DNA of 53,947 nt from Nitrososphaeraceae archaeon. GTDB taxonomy: Archaea; Thermoproteota; Nitrososphaeria; Nitrososphaerales; Nitrososphaeraceae. How positions within the stretch are numbered: the first letter of the stretch is position 1; each line of letters begins with the position of its first letter. The notes beneath the pieces were generated by a model that was given only the letters and a program-made list of their open reading frames with translations, did no database searches and was not told the origin of the DNA. Location: the NCBI GenBank assembly GCA_025924135.1, contig JAICEO010000001.1, positions 1 through 53,947 of the forward strand, read 5' to 3'. A program made the translations under genes and the position numbers. Below are positions 1 through 9,608 of the stretch, piece by piece.

Positions 1-805
1 AGTAGGAATTTTTAGCGCATTGTTATTCTTTGGAGTAGCAGCACTGTTTCTTCCAGCAACAGCACTTCAAAATTCTATTGCAATGGCACAAGAATATTAT
101 CCTGAATATGAAGAAAATGACTATTATTATGATCAAGAATATGATCAATACAAAAATAATAATGATAATGATAAGTATAAGAATGGTCCAATAGTCAATG
201 TAGAGAAAAAATTATTCATATGTAATAATGTAACCGGTAGTCTAGACAACTTCTTTGCATGTGTAGGTCAACGCGATGCAGAATTCCCAGACTTTTTCTT
301 TCCACCAGCACTAGATAGCGGTGAATATATACCATGTAATGATGAAATATGTCCAGTTATAGATGAATCAGACTTTAGTGCTCAAATTTTGAAGGATGTT
401 GCAACTGTACGAGATATAACACCTGATGGTACTCCAGTAAATCTGGACAAGTTCCACTATTCCGTAACTGAAGAACAAATATCCGATACAATATCAACCG
501 GAGGTACTTGTGAGGCTGTTGGTTTTACACATAGTTTATTCTATGAGAAAGTAAGAGACGATAGGGATGTTAATTATTTTATATGTGTTAATTATGTAGG
601 GGATTGTGAGGGCACCATATATCCTGGTGAAGAGAAGACATGTACAATAGAGAACTACATTGTTGAAGGAAATGTTTTTCCTTTACTGCCTAGTGATAAT
701 AATCCAGGTAGTGTACAATCATCATTACAACAGATGTTCACCAAACAAGCCACTCCATCTTTATCGAATATTCTAGGAGATAGAATCCCTCATCTAGCAC
801 ACTAA
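1..805 (+). CDS. Secreted Cys-containing surface protein (5'-truncated), thaumarchaeal type
   Basis: Frame is open back to the window edge (VGIFSALLFFG...). Hydrophobic signal-like N-terminus, Tyr/Asp/Glu-rich linker, C-terminal GDCEGTIYPGEEKTCTIEN motif resembling Nitrososphaerales surface proteins. Confidence 0.7.
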   Translation, partial: VGIFSALLFFGVAALFLPATALQNSIAMAQEYYPEYEENDYYYDQEYDQYKNNNDNDKYKNGPIVNVEKKLFICNNVTGSLDNFFACVGQRDAEFPDFFFPPALDSGEYIPCNDEICPVIDESDFSAQILKDVATVRDITPDGTPVNLDKFHYSVTEEQISDTISTGGTCEAVGFTHSLFYEKVRDDRDVNYFICVNYVGDCEGTIYPGEEKTCTIENYIVEGNVFPLLPSDNNPGSVQSSLQQMFTKQATPSLSNILGDRIPHLAH

Positions 806-821
806 CAAAAACAAAAAATTA

Positions 822-834
822 TTTTTTTTATTTT
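822..834 (+). terminator. Oligo-T archaeal terminator candidate
   Basis: TTTTTTTTATTTT 17 nt after the stop of the first gene; weak evidence in an AT-rich genome. Confidence 0.4.
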
Positions 835-1176
835 AACAACATTACCAAGACTAAGTAGTTTAAATATTGCAGAGTTAATTACAATTAAAAATTCAAATGA
901 TATTAGAAAAGATTCACCTTTGTATTTGTATATTTATTAAAAACAATTCAATATTCTAGGAGTGGGATTCGAAACCATAAGGTTCACTTGGGGGTTCTTA
1001 TTTTTATAATTTATTGTTATTGATAATGATCGAGATACATCTTAATCCAGGACTAGCATGGAGGGATGAGATTTAAACCGATTCAGAATTATAAATATTG
1101 GTGTTAAAGAATTTATTCTGTTCTGTAACCTGTGTTTTCAGCATACAAACTATTACTTATTTGTCTAAAATAAAGT

Positions 1177-1437
1177 TTATGTATTTACTTTATTGGATGC
1201 AATGTGAACCTCGTAATTCACATTAAACATTGTAACAATATTATCTAAACTTTCATCGAGAGAGAAGCGACATATTGTAACCCATGTATTATTTTTTATT
1301 ACTTCAATTTTACCTTCTAATGAATCAGAATGTTCGGATTCTATTTCTAAGTTATGTCTAAATTTTTTTTTAGTTGGTTGATAATTTTTTCTGAAGCGGT
1401 AATAAAAATTTTTTTCAATAAAATTTTTTTTACCCAT
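1177..1437 (-). CDS. Hypothetical protein (86 aa)
   Basis: ATG-started ORF alone in its interval; no recognisable motif. Confidence 0.55.
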   Translation of the reverse strand: MGKKNFIEKNFYYRFRKNYQPTKKKFRHNLEIESEHSDSLEGKIEVIKNNTWVTICRFSLDESLDNIVTMFNVNYEVHIASNKVNT

Positions 1438-1619
1438 TTATTATATTATCTTTGTGAAGTGTATTAACTTTTAACTATATAGTAAAAATTTATTATCTTT
1501 AAGAAAAGACAAGTGCAGTATCTATATTTCTAATATAATTTTTTTAGTAAAATATAGTCAGTATTATTTTATTATACACTTGATAAATTATTTAGGATAT
1601 AAAAATTATATAAATTAAA

Positions 1620-1844
1620 TTATTTGAGGTTTTTGTGCCTTCTATAATCAATCTCTCTTTGTTTTTCTTCCTTCATGTGATGTAATCGGTCTTTTTCATT
1701 TAAAAACTGTTTTCCACAGTTATTGCATTTTCTAATAATCTGTTTATGGATTTCTTTCGCATGTTTTAACAATTCCTCAGAGGTCCTAAATTTTTCCTTA
1801 CAAGTAGTACAATTATTTTTCTTCTGCAATAAAAATTTCAACAT
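1620..1844 (-). CDS. Tandem C2H2-type zinc-finger protein
   Basis: CTTCKEKFRTSEELLKHAKEIH (C-x2-C-x3-F-x8-H-x4-H) followed by CNNCGKQFLNEKDRLHHM. Confidence 0.85.
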   Translation of the reverse strand: MLKFLLQKKNNCTTCKEKFRTSEELLKHAKEIHKQIIRKCNNCGKQFLNEKDRLHHMKEEKQREIDYRRHKNLK

Positions 1845-2252
1845 TTAATTATAAATACTATAAACCACTATTAAAATTCACCGCTATTTTAAAACATTAT
1901 AATTTTTTTCATATTTCTTAAAATATTTAGAATCCTAGATTACCTCCAAAGAGGGATCGAAAGTGATAAACTAGCCTTTCACCCATTTTGTTCTTATACT
2001 TAGAGTTGATTGTTGTTTGGCATTTACTTATTCTCTTGAAGAAAATTTAAACATGATTATAGATAGAAAATGTAAGAAATGACTTGATAATGAAAACTAT
2101 GAGAGACAGTTGAAAATCTTCAGAATGTTAAAATATCAAATCAAGAGATGGGTAAATGGATATTTGAATAATAAAATTTCAATATGAGTAAGGAAATAAG
2201 AGAATTTTGGAAAAAGTATAAATGATGCCAAATTAAAAAAGGTATATTTTAA

Positions 2253-2750
2253 TTGAAAAATTATAAAAAACTAATAGAAAAATCTTCTCTTGTTAATTCT
2301 TTGTTAATTGCTATTAACAAAATTTATTATCAAAAGGGTGAACTTTCAAAATTTTATATTGTAGGAGGAATTGGCTTAATTATAAACTATTTAGTATCTT
2401 ATTTCATTTTTACCTCTTTTCATCTCGACCATATTCAATCAAGTATTTTTGGAATTATTGTTTCTTTAACTTCTAATTTTCTCTTAAATAAACTTTGGAC
2501 TTTTCAAGATAGAACCTTGAAATATGATATAGTATTAAGACAATATTTAAAATATTTTATTTTCAATTCTGTTGGAGTAATAATACAAGTATCAATAGTG
2601 TATGGATTTGGTAAGACTAGCATTGATTATGGTTACATTGTAATAATTGCAATATCTATTGCATCAATTCTAAATTATATTGTCAATAAAAAATTTATTT
2701 TTAAGAATACAAATGAAATTGTAGATATACGCAATAAGTTTTGGAGTTAA
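2253..2750 (+). CDS. GtrA-family membrane protein (lipid-linked sugar translocase)
   Basis: KFYIVGGIG...NFLLNKLWTF...NYIVNKKFIF GtrA signature; four hydrophobic helices; start uncertain. Confidence 0.85.
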   Translation: MKNYKKLIEKSSLVNSLLIAINKIYYQKGELSKFYIVGGIGLIINYLVSYFIFTSFHLDHIQSSIFGIIVSLTSNFLLNKLWTFQDRTLKYDIVLRQYLKYFIFNSVGVIIQVSIVYGFGKTSIDYGYIVIIAISIASILNYIVNKKFIFKNTNEIVDIRNKFWS

Positions 2751-2965
2751 AGAATAAATAACAATGATTATTTTTACTTAAAACAAATTCAAAAGATTCT
2801 TTTGCAATTAACTATCTCAAATCAAAATCTTGGGAATTAATGACAAGAAATCATATGATAGAATCATAGAAATTATGAATCACCATCATCAATAAATTAA
2901 ATTTTGTATTTAAAATACAGTGCAGCAGATAGATTAATAAAATACAAAAAAATTATCCCTCAGAA

Positions 2966-3544
2966 ATGCTAAAAAATGCACCACCGGGATGGAGAATTAT
3001 TAATTGTGAATCCAAGGTATATTCGAATGAATATATCCAACTCTATGAAGATTTGTTGGATATTAATGGTTTTAAAAAGATATATGTTAGAGGAAAAAGG
3101 AAAAACTTTTCGACAGTTGTCCCTTTCCTTTCTGTAGACAAAATCTTAGTAATCAAAAGTTATCGACATATAGTTGATTCATTACAATTTGAAATTCCTT
3201 CTGGATATATTGAGGATGGTGAATCACCTAAGGATGCTGCAATACGTGAATTCAAAGAAGAAACGGGTTATAGCGCCAGTAAGATTTTATTTGTAGGCGA
3301 ATATACTCTTGATTACTCTATGTTTGAACAAAAAGGTTACATATTTGCAGCTTATGATCTTTTACAAAATCAGCAACAACATCTAGGATTAATGGAAAGT
3401 ATCAAAATTGAATCATTAACTATAGATCATGTCAAAGAAATGCTTTTAAATGGAAAAATTTTAAATGCCGCTTCTATAGTTGCCTTATATAGATCTCTTG
3501 ATTTTCACGAAAAAATTGTAAGGAAAAATAGTTTTAATGATTAA
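2966..3544 (+). CDS. NUDIX hydrolase (ADP-ribose pyrophosphatase-like)
   Basis: Nudix box GYIEDGESPKDAAIREFKEETGY. Confidence 0.9.
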   Translation: MLKNAPPGWRIINCESKVYSNEYIQLYEDLLDINGFKKIYVRGKRKNFSTVVPFLSVDKILVIKSYRHIVDSLQFEIPSGYIEDGESPKDAAIREFKEETGYSASKILFVGEYTLDYSMFEQKGYIFAAYDLLQNQQQHLGLMESIKIESLTIDHVKEMLLNGKILNAASIVALYRSLDFHEKIVRKNSFND

Positions 3545-4742
3545 TCTCTTTTAAAACCTTTTCAAAAATAACCATTCCCTTGGAAATTTCCTCATTAGTA
3601 ATAACAAGTGGAGGTAATATTCTAATAGTTTTTAAACCAGAGGGAATAACTAATAGTTTATTCTTAAATAATCTCTTAATTACCTTATTCCTAATCTCTT
3701 TTGAATGAAATTCGACTCCCAACATTAATCCTAGACCTCTTACGTCTATTATTTTAGTATCTTTATTTTTTATCTCAATTAGACATTTTTTTAAAAGATT
3801 CCCAGATTTATTGACTTTTTCTAATATTTTTTCATTGTAAATAATATCAATTGTTTTTCTTCCAATAGCCATATCTATTCTGCTTCCACCTCCCCATGTG
3901 CTAGATAGTACTCCGGGTTTAGGTGGTTCATACTTTTTATCAAACACTACGGCTCCAAGTTGCAATGCTTTTCCAATTGTGAAAATAGATGGTTTAATAC
4001 CGTAATGTTGATATGTCCACCATTTTCCTGTTCTTCCTAAACCGGTTTGGACTTCGTCTATAATAAGAGGTATGCCATATTTTATAGATGTTTTGTGGAT
4101 ATTGCTAACAAATTTTTTACTGGCTACATTTACTCCTCCTTCTCCTTGAACTAGTTCTATAATAATAAAAGAAACTTTATATTCACTCGCTATTTCTTTA
4201 ATATTGTCTATTTGAGGGTCATGATCTGAAATACAAAATTTTAACCTCTTTACTGGGAGTTCAGGAAAATTGATCTTCTGTATTTCTTTACTAGATGTAA
4301 AAGCAAGTGCACCTAAGGTTCGTCCATGAAATGCATTTATACAAGATATCCCCGGTAACGGACCAGTGCGTCTATAAGCAAGTTTAATTGCATTCTCCAC
4401 TGCTTCTGCTCCACTGTTTATAAAAAAAACTTTTGAATTTGGAGTGCTAATTGAAAGCAATTTTTCAGCTAGTTGACAATGCTCTTCACAATAAAAATCC
4501 TGACCTGCTATTTTATGTGCACCTATACTTCCATATCTTTTTATAATCGCATTAAGTTCTGGGTGGTTATAACCTAAAGGACAGGAGGCAATATTAGAAG
4601 TAAAATCTAAATATTGTTCTCCATCTACATCTTCTAGATAACATCCTTGACCATCCTTAATCACTAAAGGATAGACAAATGTTGAATTATAAGCAAGTTG
4701 ATGTATTTTTTTTACGATGGACAAAGATTTTTTCTTCATCAT
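3534..4742 (-). CDS. Class-III PLP-dependent omega-aminotransferase (ornithine/GABA/lysine-epsilon type)
   Basis: NSGAEAVENAIK, FHGRT, DEVQTG, GKALQ (PLP lysine), SSTWGG; start trimmed to the MMKKK ATG to avoid overlap with the divergent gene. Confidence 0.9.
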   Translation of the reverse strand: MMKKKSLSIVKKIHQLAYNSTFVYPLVIKDGQGCYLEDVDGEQYLDFTSNIASCPLGYNHPELNAIIKRYGSIGAHKIAGQDFYCEEHCQLAEKLLSISTPNSKVFFINSGAEAVENAIKLAYRRTGPLPGISCINAFHGRTLGALAFTSSKEIQKINFPELPVKRLKFCISDHDPQIDNIKEIASEYKVSFIIIELVQGEGGVNVASKKFVSNIHKTSIKYGIPLIIDEVQTGLGRTGKWWTYQHYGIKPSIFTIGKALQLGAVVFDKKYEPPKPGVLSSTWGGGSRIDMAIGRKTIDIIYNEKILEKVNKSGNLLKKCLIEIKNKDTKIIDVRGLGLMLGVEFHSKEIRNKVIKRLFKNKLLVIPSGLKTIRILPPLVITNEEISKGMVIFEKVLKEINH

Positions 4743-4841
4743 AATATCATTATGATGTTTTTTATAATTCCAGGTCAAATCAATTGTATAAGGTTATTTG
4801 ATAATAAATTGTTTAATAAATATAAGATCTATATTAGTTAT

Positions 4842-6416
4842 ATGAAATTTATAAATGAACTAACATATGAGAATTATATCAAAAAAAATCAAGAGAATGT
4901 ATTCCATAAAAAATTTGATCAGGCAATTGAATCTATAAAAAAACAATTTAATAATAATGATTATCCCATTATTATAAATAATGAAAAAATATACACTAAA
5001 GATAAATATAAACATGTATCACCAGTAGACCGACGCATAATACTTGGACATATTTCCAAGATATCAGATCCACTAATAAGTAAAGCTATAGAGTCGTCGT
5101 ATCATTCATTCAAAGACTGGAGTAAACTTAATTATAAAAAAAGAATAAAAATCCTTAAAAAGGTCGCAAATACCATCCGAGCGAAAAAATTCCAACTTGC
5201 TGCCCTATTAACATTCGAAAATGGTAAAAATAGATATGAATCAATTGCAGATATTGATGAAGCAATAGATTTTATAAATTATTATTGTAGTGATATGATT
5301 AACAATAATGGATACGTTACCAAAAATAATTCCATAAAAAAAAATCCAAAAAATATTAGTGTCCTGAAACCTTATGGTGTTTGGGCAATAATATCACCTT
5401 TTAATTTTCCTGCGGCTATTTTTGTTGGAATGAATATCGGAGCAATTATTACAGGAAATACTGCCGTTGCAAAACCTGCAAGTAATACCCCACTAATTGG
5501 CTATAAAATCGTAGAAATAATGATAGAATCAGGTTTACCACCAGGTGTGTTAAACTACATTACTGGTGATGCTGCAAAAATAGGAAAAATTATAATTAAC
5601 GATGATAAGATTTCAGGCTTAGTTTTTACAGGGTCCAAAGATGTGGGATATACTCTTTATAAAAATTCCGCTGATATAAAACCTCGCCTAATAATCGCAG
5701 AATTAGGCGGAAAAAATCCCACCATTGTTACTAAAACTGCCGATTTGGACAAAGCTGCAGAGGGAGTCAGCCGAGCAGCTTTTTCTTATGCAGGACAAAA
5801 ATGTAGTGCATGTTCAAGAGTTTATGTTCAAAAAAATGTAAAGGAAGAATTTATTGCGAAGCTAATAACAAAAGTAAAGAAAATAAACGTAGAAAATCCA
5901 AATCAAATAAATTGTGATGTAGGTCCGTTGATTAACTTTAATGCCTTACAAAACTTTAAGAAATATGTGGATATTGCATCACAAGATGGACGAATTTTAT
6001 ATGGAGGAAAAGTTAAAGAGGAGGGGAATTTAAAATATGGATATTACGTCAGCCCCACGATAGTAAGTGAAATATCACTTGATAATATCCTTTTCAAGAA
6101 GGAATTATTCTTGCCATTTCTATGTATTGGTGAATTTGACCAATTTTATGAAGCACTAGATCTATGTAATAATTCTGAATATGGATTAACAGCTGGACTA
6201 TATTCAAAAGATAAAAAAGAGATAAATGATTTTTTAAATAATATAGAATCTGGAGTTGTCTATGTAAATAGACCAAAAAGCTCGACTACAGGTGCGCTTG
6301 TTGGAAATCAATCGTTTGGTGGTTGGAAAAATTCTGGTTTCTCTGGAAAAGGAACAGGTGGAAAATATTATCTTACACAATTTATGAGGGAACAAAGTCA
6401 GACAATTGTAGAATAA
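4842..6416 (+). CDS. Aldehyde dehydrogenase, 1-pyrroline-5-carboxylate (glutamate semialdehyde) dehydrogenase type
   Basis: ISPFNFP, FTGS, ELGGKN, GQKCSACSR, TGALVGNQSFGGWKNSG typical of RocA/PruA-type enzymes; probable start is ATG 4842 (MKFINE). Confidence 0.88.
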   Translation: MKFINELTYENYIKKNQENVFHKKFDQAIESIKKQFNNNDYPIIINNEKIYTKDKYKHVSPVDRRIILGHISKISDPLISKAIESSYHSFKDWSKLNYKKRIKILKKVANTIRAKKFQLAALLTFENGKNRYESIADIDEAIDFINYYCSDMINNNGYVTKNNSIKKNPKNISVLKPYGVWAIISPFNFPAAIFVGMNIGAIITGNTAVAKPASNTPLIGYKIVEIMIESGLPPGVLNYITGDAAKIGKIIINDDKISGLVFTGSKDVGYTLYKNSADIKPRLIIAELGGKNPTIVTKTADLDKAAEGVSRAAFSYAGQKCSACSRVYVQKNVKEEFIAKLITKVKKINVENPNQINCDVGPLINFNALQNFKKYVDIASQDGRILYGGKVKEEGNLKYGYYVSPTIVSEISLDNILFKKELFLPFLCIGEFDQFYEALDLCNNSEYGLTAGLYSKDKKEINDFLNNIESGVVYVNRPKSSTTGALVGNQSFGGWKNSGFSGKGTGGKYYLTQFMREQSQTIVE

Positions 6417-6759
6417 AACTCAATAAATTTCATAGTTATAATTTATGATACCATTTCAACTCGATTTAATGTTTCGATGATAACTACCTTCTTTTTATAA
6501 AATAAGCTCTTCAATATCGAATAAATTTAGGTATTAAATTTCTAATGATTTTTCAATACTAAAGTCAGAATATATTTGTCTTTACTTAAAATTATTATAT
6601 AAACAATTAAACAAATGATAAAAAGTCAATTGAGCAGTATTCTCTATTCTTTTCGCTACAAAAGTTATTGTTGTTGAAGGGGTAGAGCCTTTTATTATTC
6701 GCATGTTAGCAATATGTGAAATTATATACTTATAAATCCATAACTATATAACAAAATTC

Positions 6760-7323
6760 TTGATGAATAGTACACGCCCTATCGGTATAACAATAATATC
6801 TATTTTGATGATACTCAATGGTTCATTTTTACTATTTAGTGGAATAGTGATTTTTTTTCTAGCCTCAAATTTTGCTACTACTGTAAATACCCTTGATCTG
6901 TTTTCTTCTAATAATACAGAAATAAACAATTCTAATTTTACTAATAATATTAATTCCAATATAATCCATAATTTTAATTACTTTCTTTATTTTATAGCAG
7001 TTACTATCACTATATTCGCATTAATTCATTTCTTAATATCCTATGGTCTTTTAAATGGTAGGTCTTGGGCTCGTAGTACTACCCTAATAATATCTTTTAT
7101 ATCTATATTAGGTAACATCTTTATGATTTTAATGGTGTTAACTTTGTTCACGCGTATTGAATTGATCATAAACGATCCTTCTATATTAGTTGGTAATATT
7201 TTGACTATAATAATAAATACTTTAATAATATGTTATCTTTTAAGAAATGAAGTGAAAGCTTATTTCGATTTTAGGTCTCACAAGAAATCCTCCTTTTCTT
7301 CATCTTTTGGTGACCTACGTTAA
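6760..7323 (+). CDS. Four-helix membrane protein
   Basis: RPIGITIISIL...YGLLNGRSWAR...YLLRNEVKAYF pattern with four hydrophobic segments. Confidence 0.75.
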   Translation: MMNSTRPIGITIISILMILNGSFLLFSGIVIFFLASNFATTVNTLDLFSSNNTEINNSNFTNNINSNIIHNFNYFLYFIAVTITIFALIHFLISYGLLNGRSWARSTTLIISFISILGNIFMILMVLTLFTRIELIINDPSILVGNILTIIINTLIICYLLRNEVKAYFDFRSHKKSSFSSSFGDLR

Positions 7324-7363
7324 CAAGTTATTAACTCGTTGTAGTTATATAAAGTTAGGCGTT

Positions 7364-7921
7364 TTATAATTTAGTTTGGACTATTTCTTTAACTCTTTGA
7401 TCAATTTTTAAAGTAAGTTCATACATTTCGGCCTTATTTAATTGCTGTAAATGATCAACAAAATCCTTTTCCCAGACATTTTTTGCTTGTATTTTATTTC
7501 CGCTTATATCGGTTCGATATCTATTTCTAAATGCAATATGAGCAAAATCATTTTTTAATGCACCATGAAAATGCCAAATAAAGGGAGGTATGCTAACAAC
7601 ATCTCCATCTTCTAGTATGATTGTTTCCGCAGATGCTTCGAGATTTTCAATAATATTTTCTTTAAACAGACATAAGATTCCTTTTCCATTAGTCGTGATG
7701 AGGATTTGTTCAGTTTCATGATAATGTAAAGTAGTTAAGGCACCTTTTTTAAAAAAAACATGATACATTTCATGTTCAAGTGAATTAGTTTGATTTAAAA
7801 CCTCGATCATAACAACTTCACCCCTAAAATAGTCTTTATTGATGTCTTTTTTCTGTGAGGAAAAAATATTTCCCTTAGCCAATACTCTAACGTTAATTTT
7901 TAAATATTTATTTCTAAGCAT
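7364..7921 (-). CDS. Cupin-domain protein
   Basis: LHYHETEQILITTNGKG and GDVVSIPPFIWHFHG cupin motifs. Confidence 0.85.
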   Translation of the reverse strand: MLRNKYLKINVRVLAKGNIFSSQKKDINKDYFRGEVVMIEVLNQTNSLEHEMYHVFFKKGALTTLHYHETEQILITTNGKGILCLFKENIIENLEASAETIILEDGDVVSIPPFIWHFHGALKNDFAHIAFRNRYRTDISGNKIQAKNVWEKDFVDHLQQLNKAEMYELTLKIDQRVKEIVQTKL

Positions 7922-8589
7922 TATACTGTATAAAGCAAATAATTTAGAATATTGAATAAAATTATCTCATTCAATATTAATGTAATTTTGATTTTTGATA
8001 TATTTTCAATTTAGAATTTTATACTACCTATAAAAAAATAAAAAGATGATTCTTTTAGTTATATTAAAACTATTAGCAGAATTAAAAATATATATAAAGC
8101 TCACATTGTAATGGTATTAAAACAACCGCAATTGGAGATCTATTTCGATAGAATGATCTTGAGACTTTATTATAACAACATAACTATTGAAAAAGAATAA
8201 TAATTACATTTGAAATTCTATGACATTAATAGCTTGTTGAAAAATTGGATAGAATTAGGCACAAATAGAAAGGATAAGAGAAAGGGTTTATTTCAATGGA
8301 ATTTGTTAATTATCTACTTCCATAATAATTATTGAATTGATATATTAGAATGATTAAAAATTAAAGAACTAGTTATATTTGGAAGGATAATTTGTAAATA
8401 AAATATAAATTTGTATTAACAATATTTTTATCAAGATAAAATCGTTTGTTAGAAGGTATAGAATGATTTATTGATAATTATAATAAAATGACCTGTGAGA
8501 CTTGTTTGATCAACGATTATTACTAATAAACGATTTACATAGTTGGTTTTCAAAAAGTTGAAATATTCAGCCATATTAATTGAGTAGAT

Positions 8590-9456
8590 ATGCGCTATTC
8601 TAATGTTACTAATGTCAATGAATCAAATATTGTCCTATTGGGAGTACCAGATGAATCTAAATCTAAAGCATTTAGAAAAGGCACGAGAAATGGACCCAAT
8701 AATTTAAGAAAAGCACTATTCGCATCAGAATATTTCAAGAGATCAGGTAAAATGATACCTATCTGTCCAATTAAAGGGAGCTTATCTACAAAGAAAGTTT
8801 TAGATATAGGAAATGTACAGCGTAGAAATTTTTATTCTAAAATTTGTAGCCTAATTATACAAAATAAAATACCAATAGTCATTGGAGGAGATCATTCAAT
8901 AACAACTACTGCTTTACATGCCATAAAAAAAAGTACGCAAAAAGAAATAAATTTGATCTATTTTGATGCTCACCCTGACTTTGTCACATCCACGAAAGAT
9001 TATTATGGATCAGTAGTGAGCGATTCTATTGATTGTATAGATATTAGAAAGAGTGTATTTGTAGGTATTCGTGCATGTGAACCAGAAGAGCTATTTAATA
9101 TTAGGAAGTATGGAGCAAATATAATTGATCCTCTCGATATTCAAGAGTATGGAACAAAAAAAATTCTCAAAAAGATTATTAAAATATGCGGAAATAAAAC
9201 AGATAATAATATTTATCTTTCCATAGATCTAGACTGTTTAGATCCTGCTTTTGCACCAGGAGTTTCAGTTCCAACTCCATGTGGGATTAATCCATTAGAA
9301 TTGATATATTTTATCAAACAAATATTAACAAAAAATAAAATAATTGGTTGTGATATTGTAGAATTATCCCCTTCTTTTGATATTAATAATATTACTGCTA
9401 ATTTTGCTGCTCGATTACTTAAAGAAATTTTAGGTTCTATAATAGTTGAATCTTAA
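8590..9456 (+). CDS. Ureohydrolase (agmatinase/arginase family)
   Basis: GGDHS, DAHPD, SIDLDCLDP, DIVE metal-binding motifs. Confidence 0.9.
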   Translation: MRYSNVTNVNESNIVLLGVPDESKSKAFRKGTRNGPNNLRKALFASEYFKRSGKMIPICPIKGSLSTKKVLDIGNVQRRNFYSKICSLIIQNKIPIVIGGDHSITTTALHAIKKSTQKEINLIYFDAHPDFVTSTKDYYGSVVSDSIDCIDIRKSVFVGIRACEPEELFNIRKYGANIIDPLDIQEYGTKKILKKIIKICGNKTDNNIYLSIDLDCLDPAFAPGVSVPTPCGINPLELIYFIKQILTKNKIIGCDIVELSPSFDINNITANFAARLLKEILGSIIVES

Positions 9457-9608
9457 CTGTAAGCTAGTAACAAAATCACTAGATTATTTCTGAAATTGAA
9501 CTCACCTATCAAATTATTCATTAAATAACAGATAAGATATTATTATATAATTATAATAAGGTTACAATTATTTCAAGTTCATACAGTTAAAGAACAATTA
9601 AATAATAT

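Noticed and set aside
959-1082. Functional tRNA genes
   Set aside because: Only degenerate 3' fragments; no D arm, anticodon arm or 5' acceptor strand
1936-1975. Small nested hairpin (CCTC-CAAA-GAGG inside CTAG...CTAG) with GAAA
   Set aside because: Lacks the hammerhead CUGANGA core and C/D boxes; too short to distinguish from chance
2125-2252. Possible remnant of a GT2 (Dol-P-Man synthase) domain upstream of the GtrA gene
   Set aside because: Only a vague FGKS-like fragment among several stops; not enough to call a pseudogene
4698-4841. N-terminal extensions in the ORF track (ALDH from 4698; similarly thiC from 12806, nadX from 31480, aconitase large subunit from 36804)
   Set aside because: The extensions are low-complexity, overlap promoters or neighbouring genes and lie before the recognisable family N-termini; downstream ATGs were used
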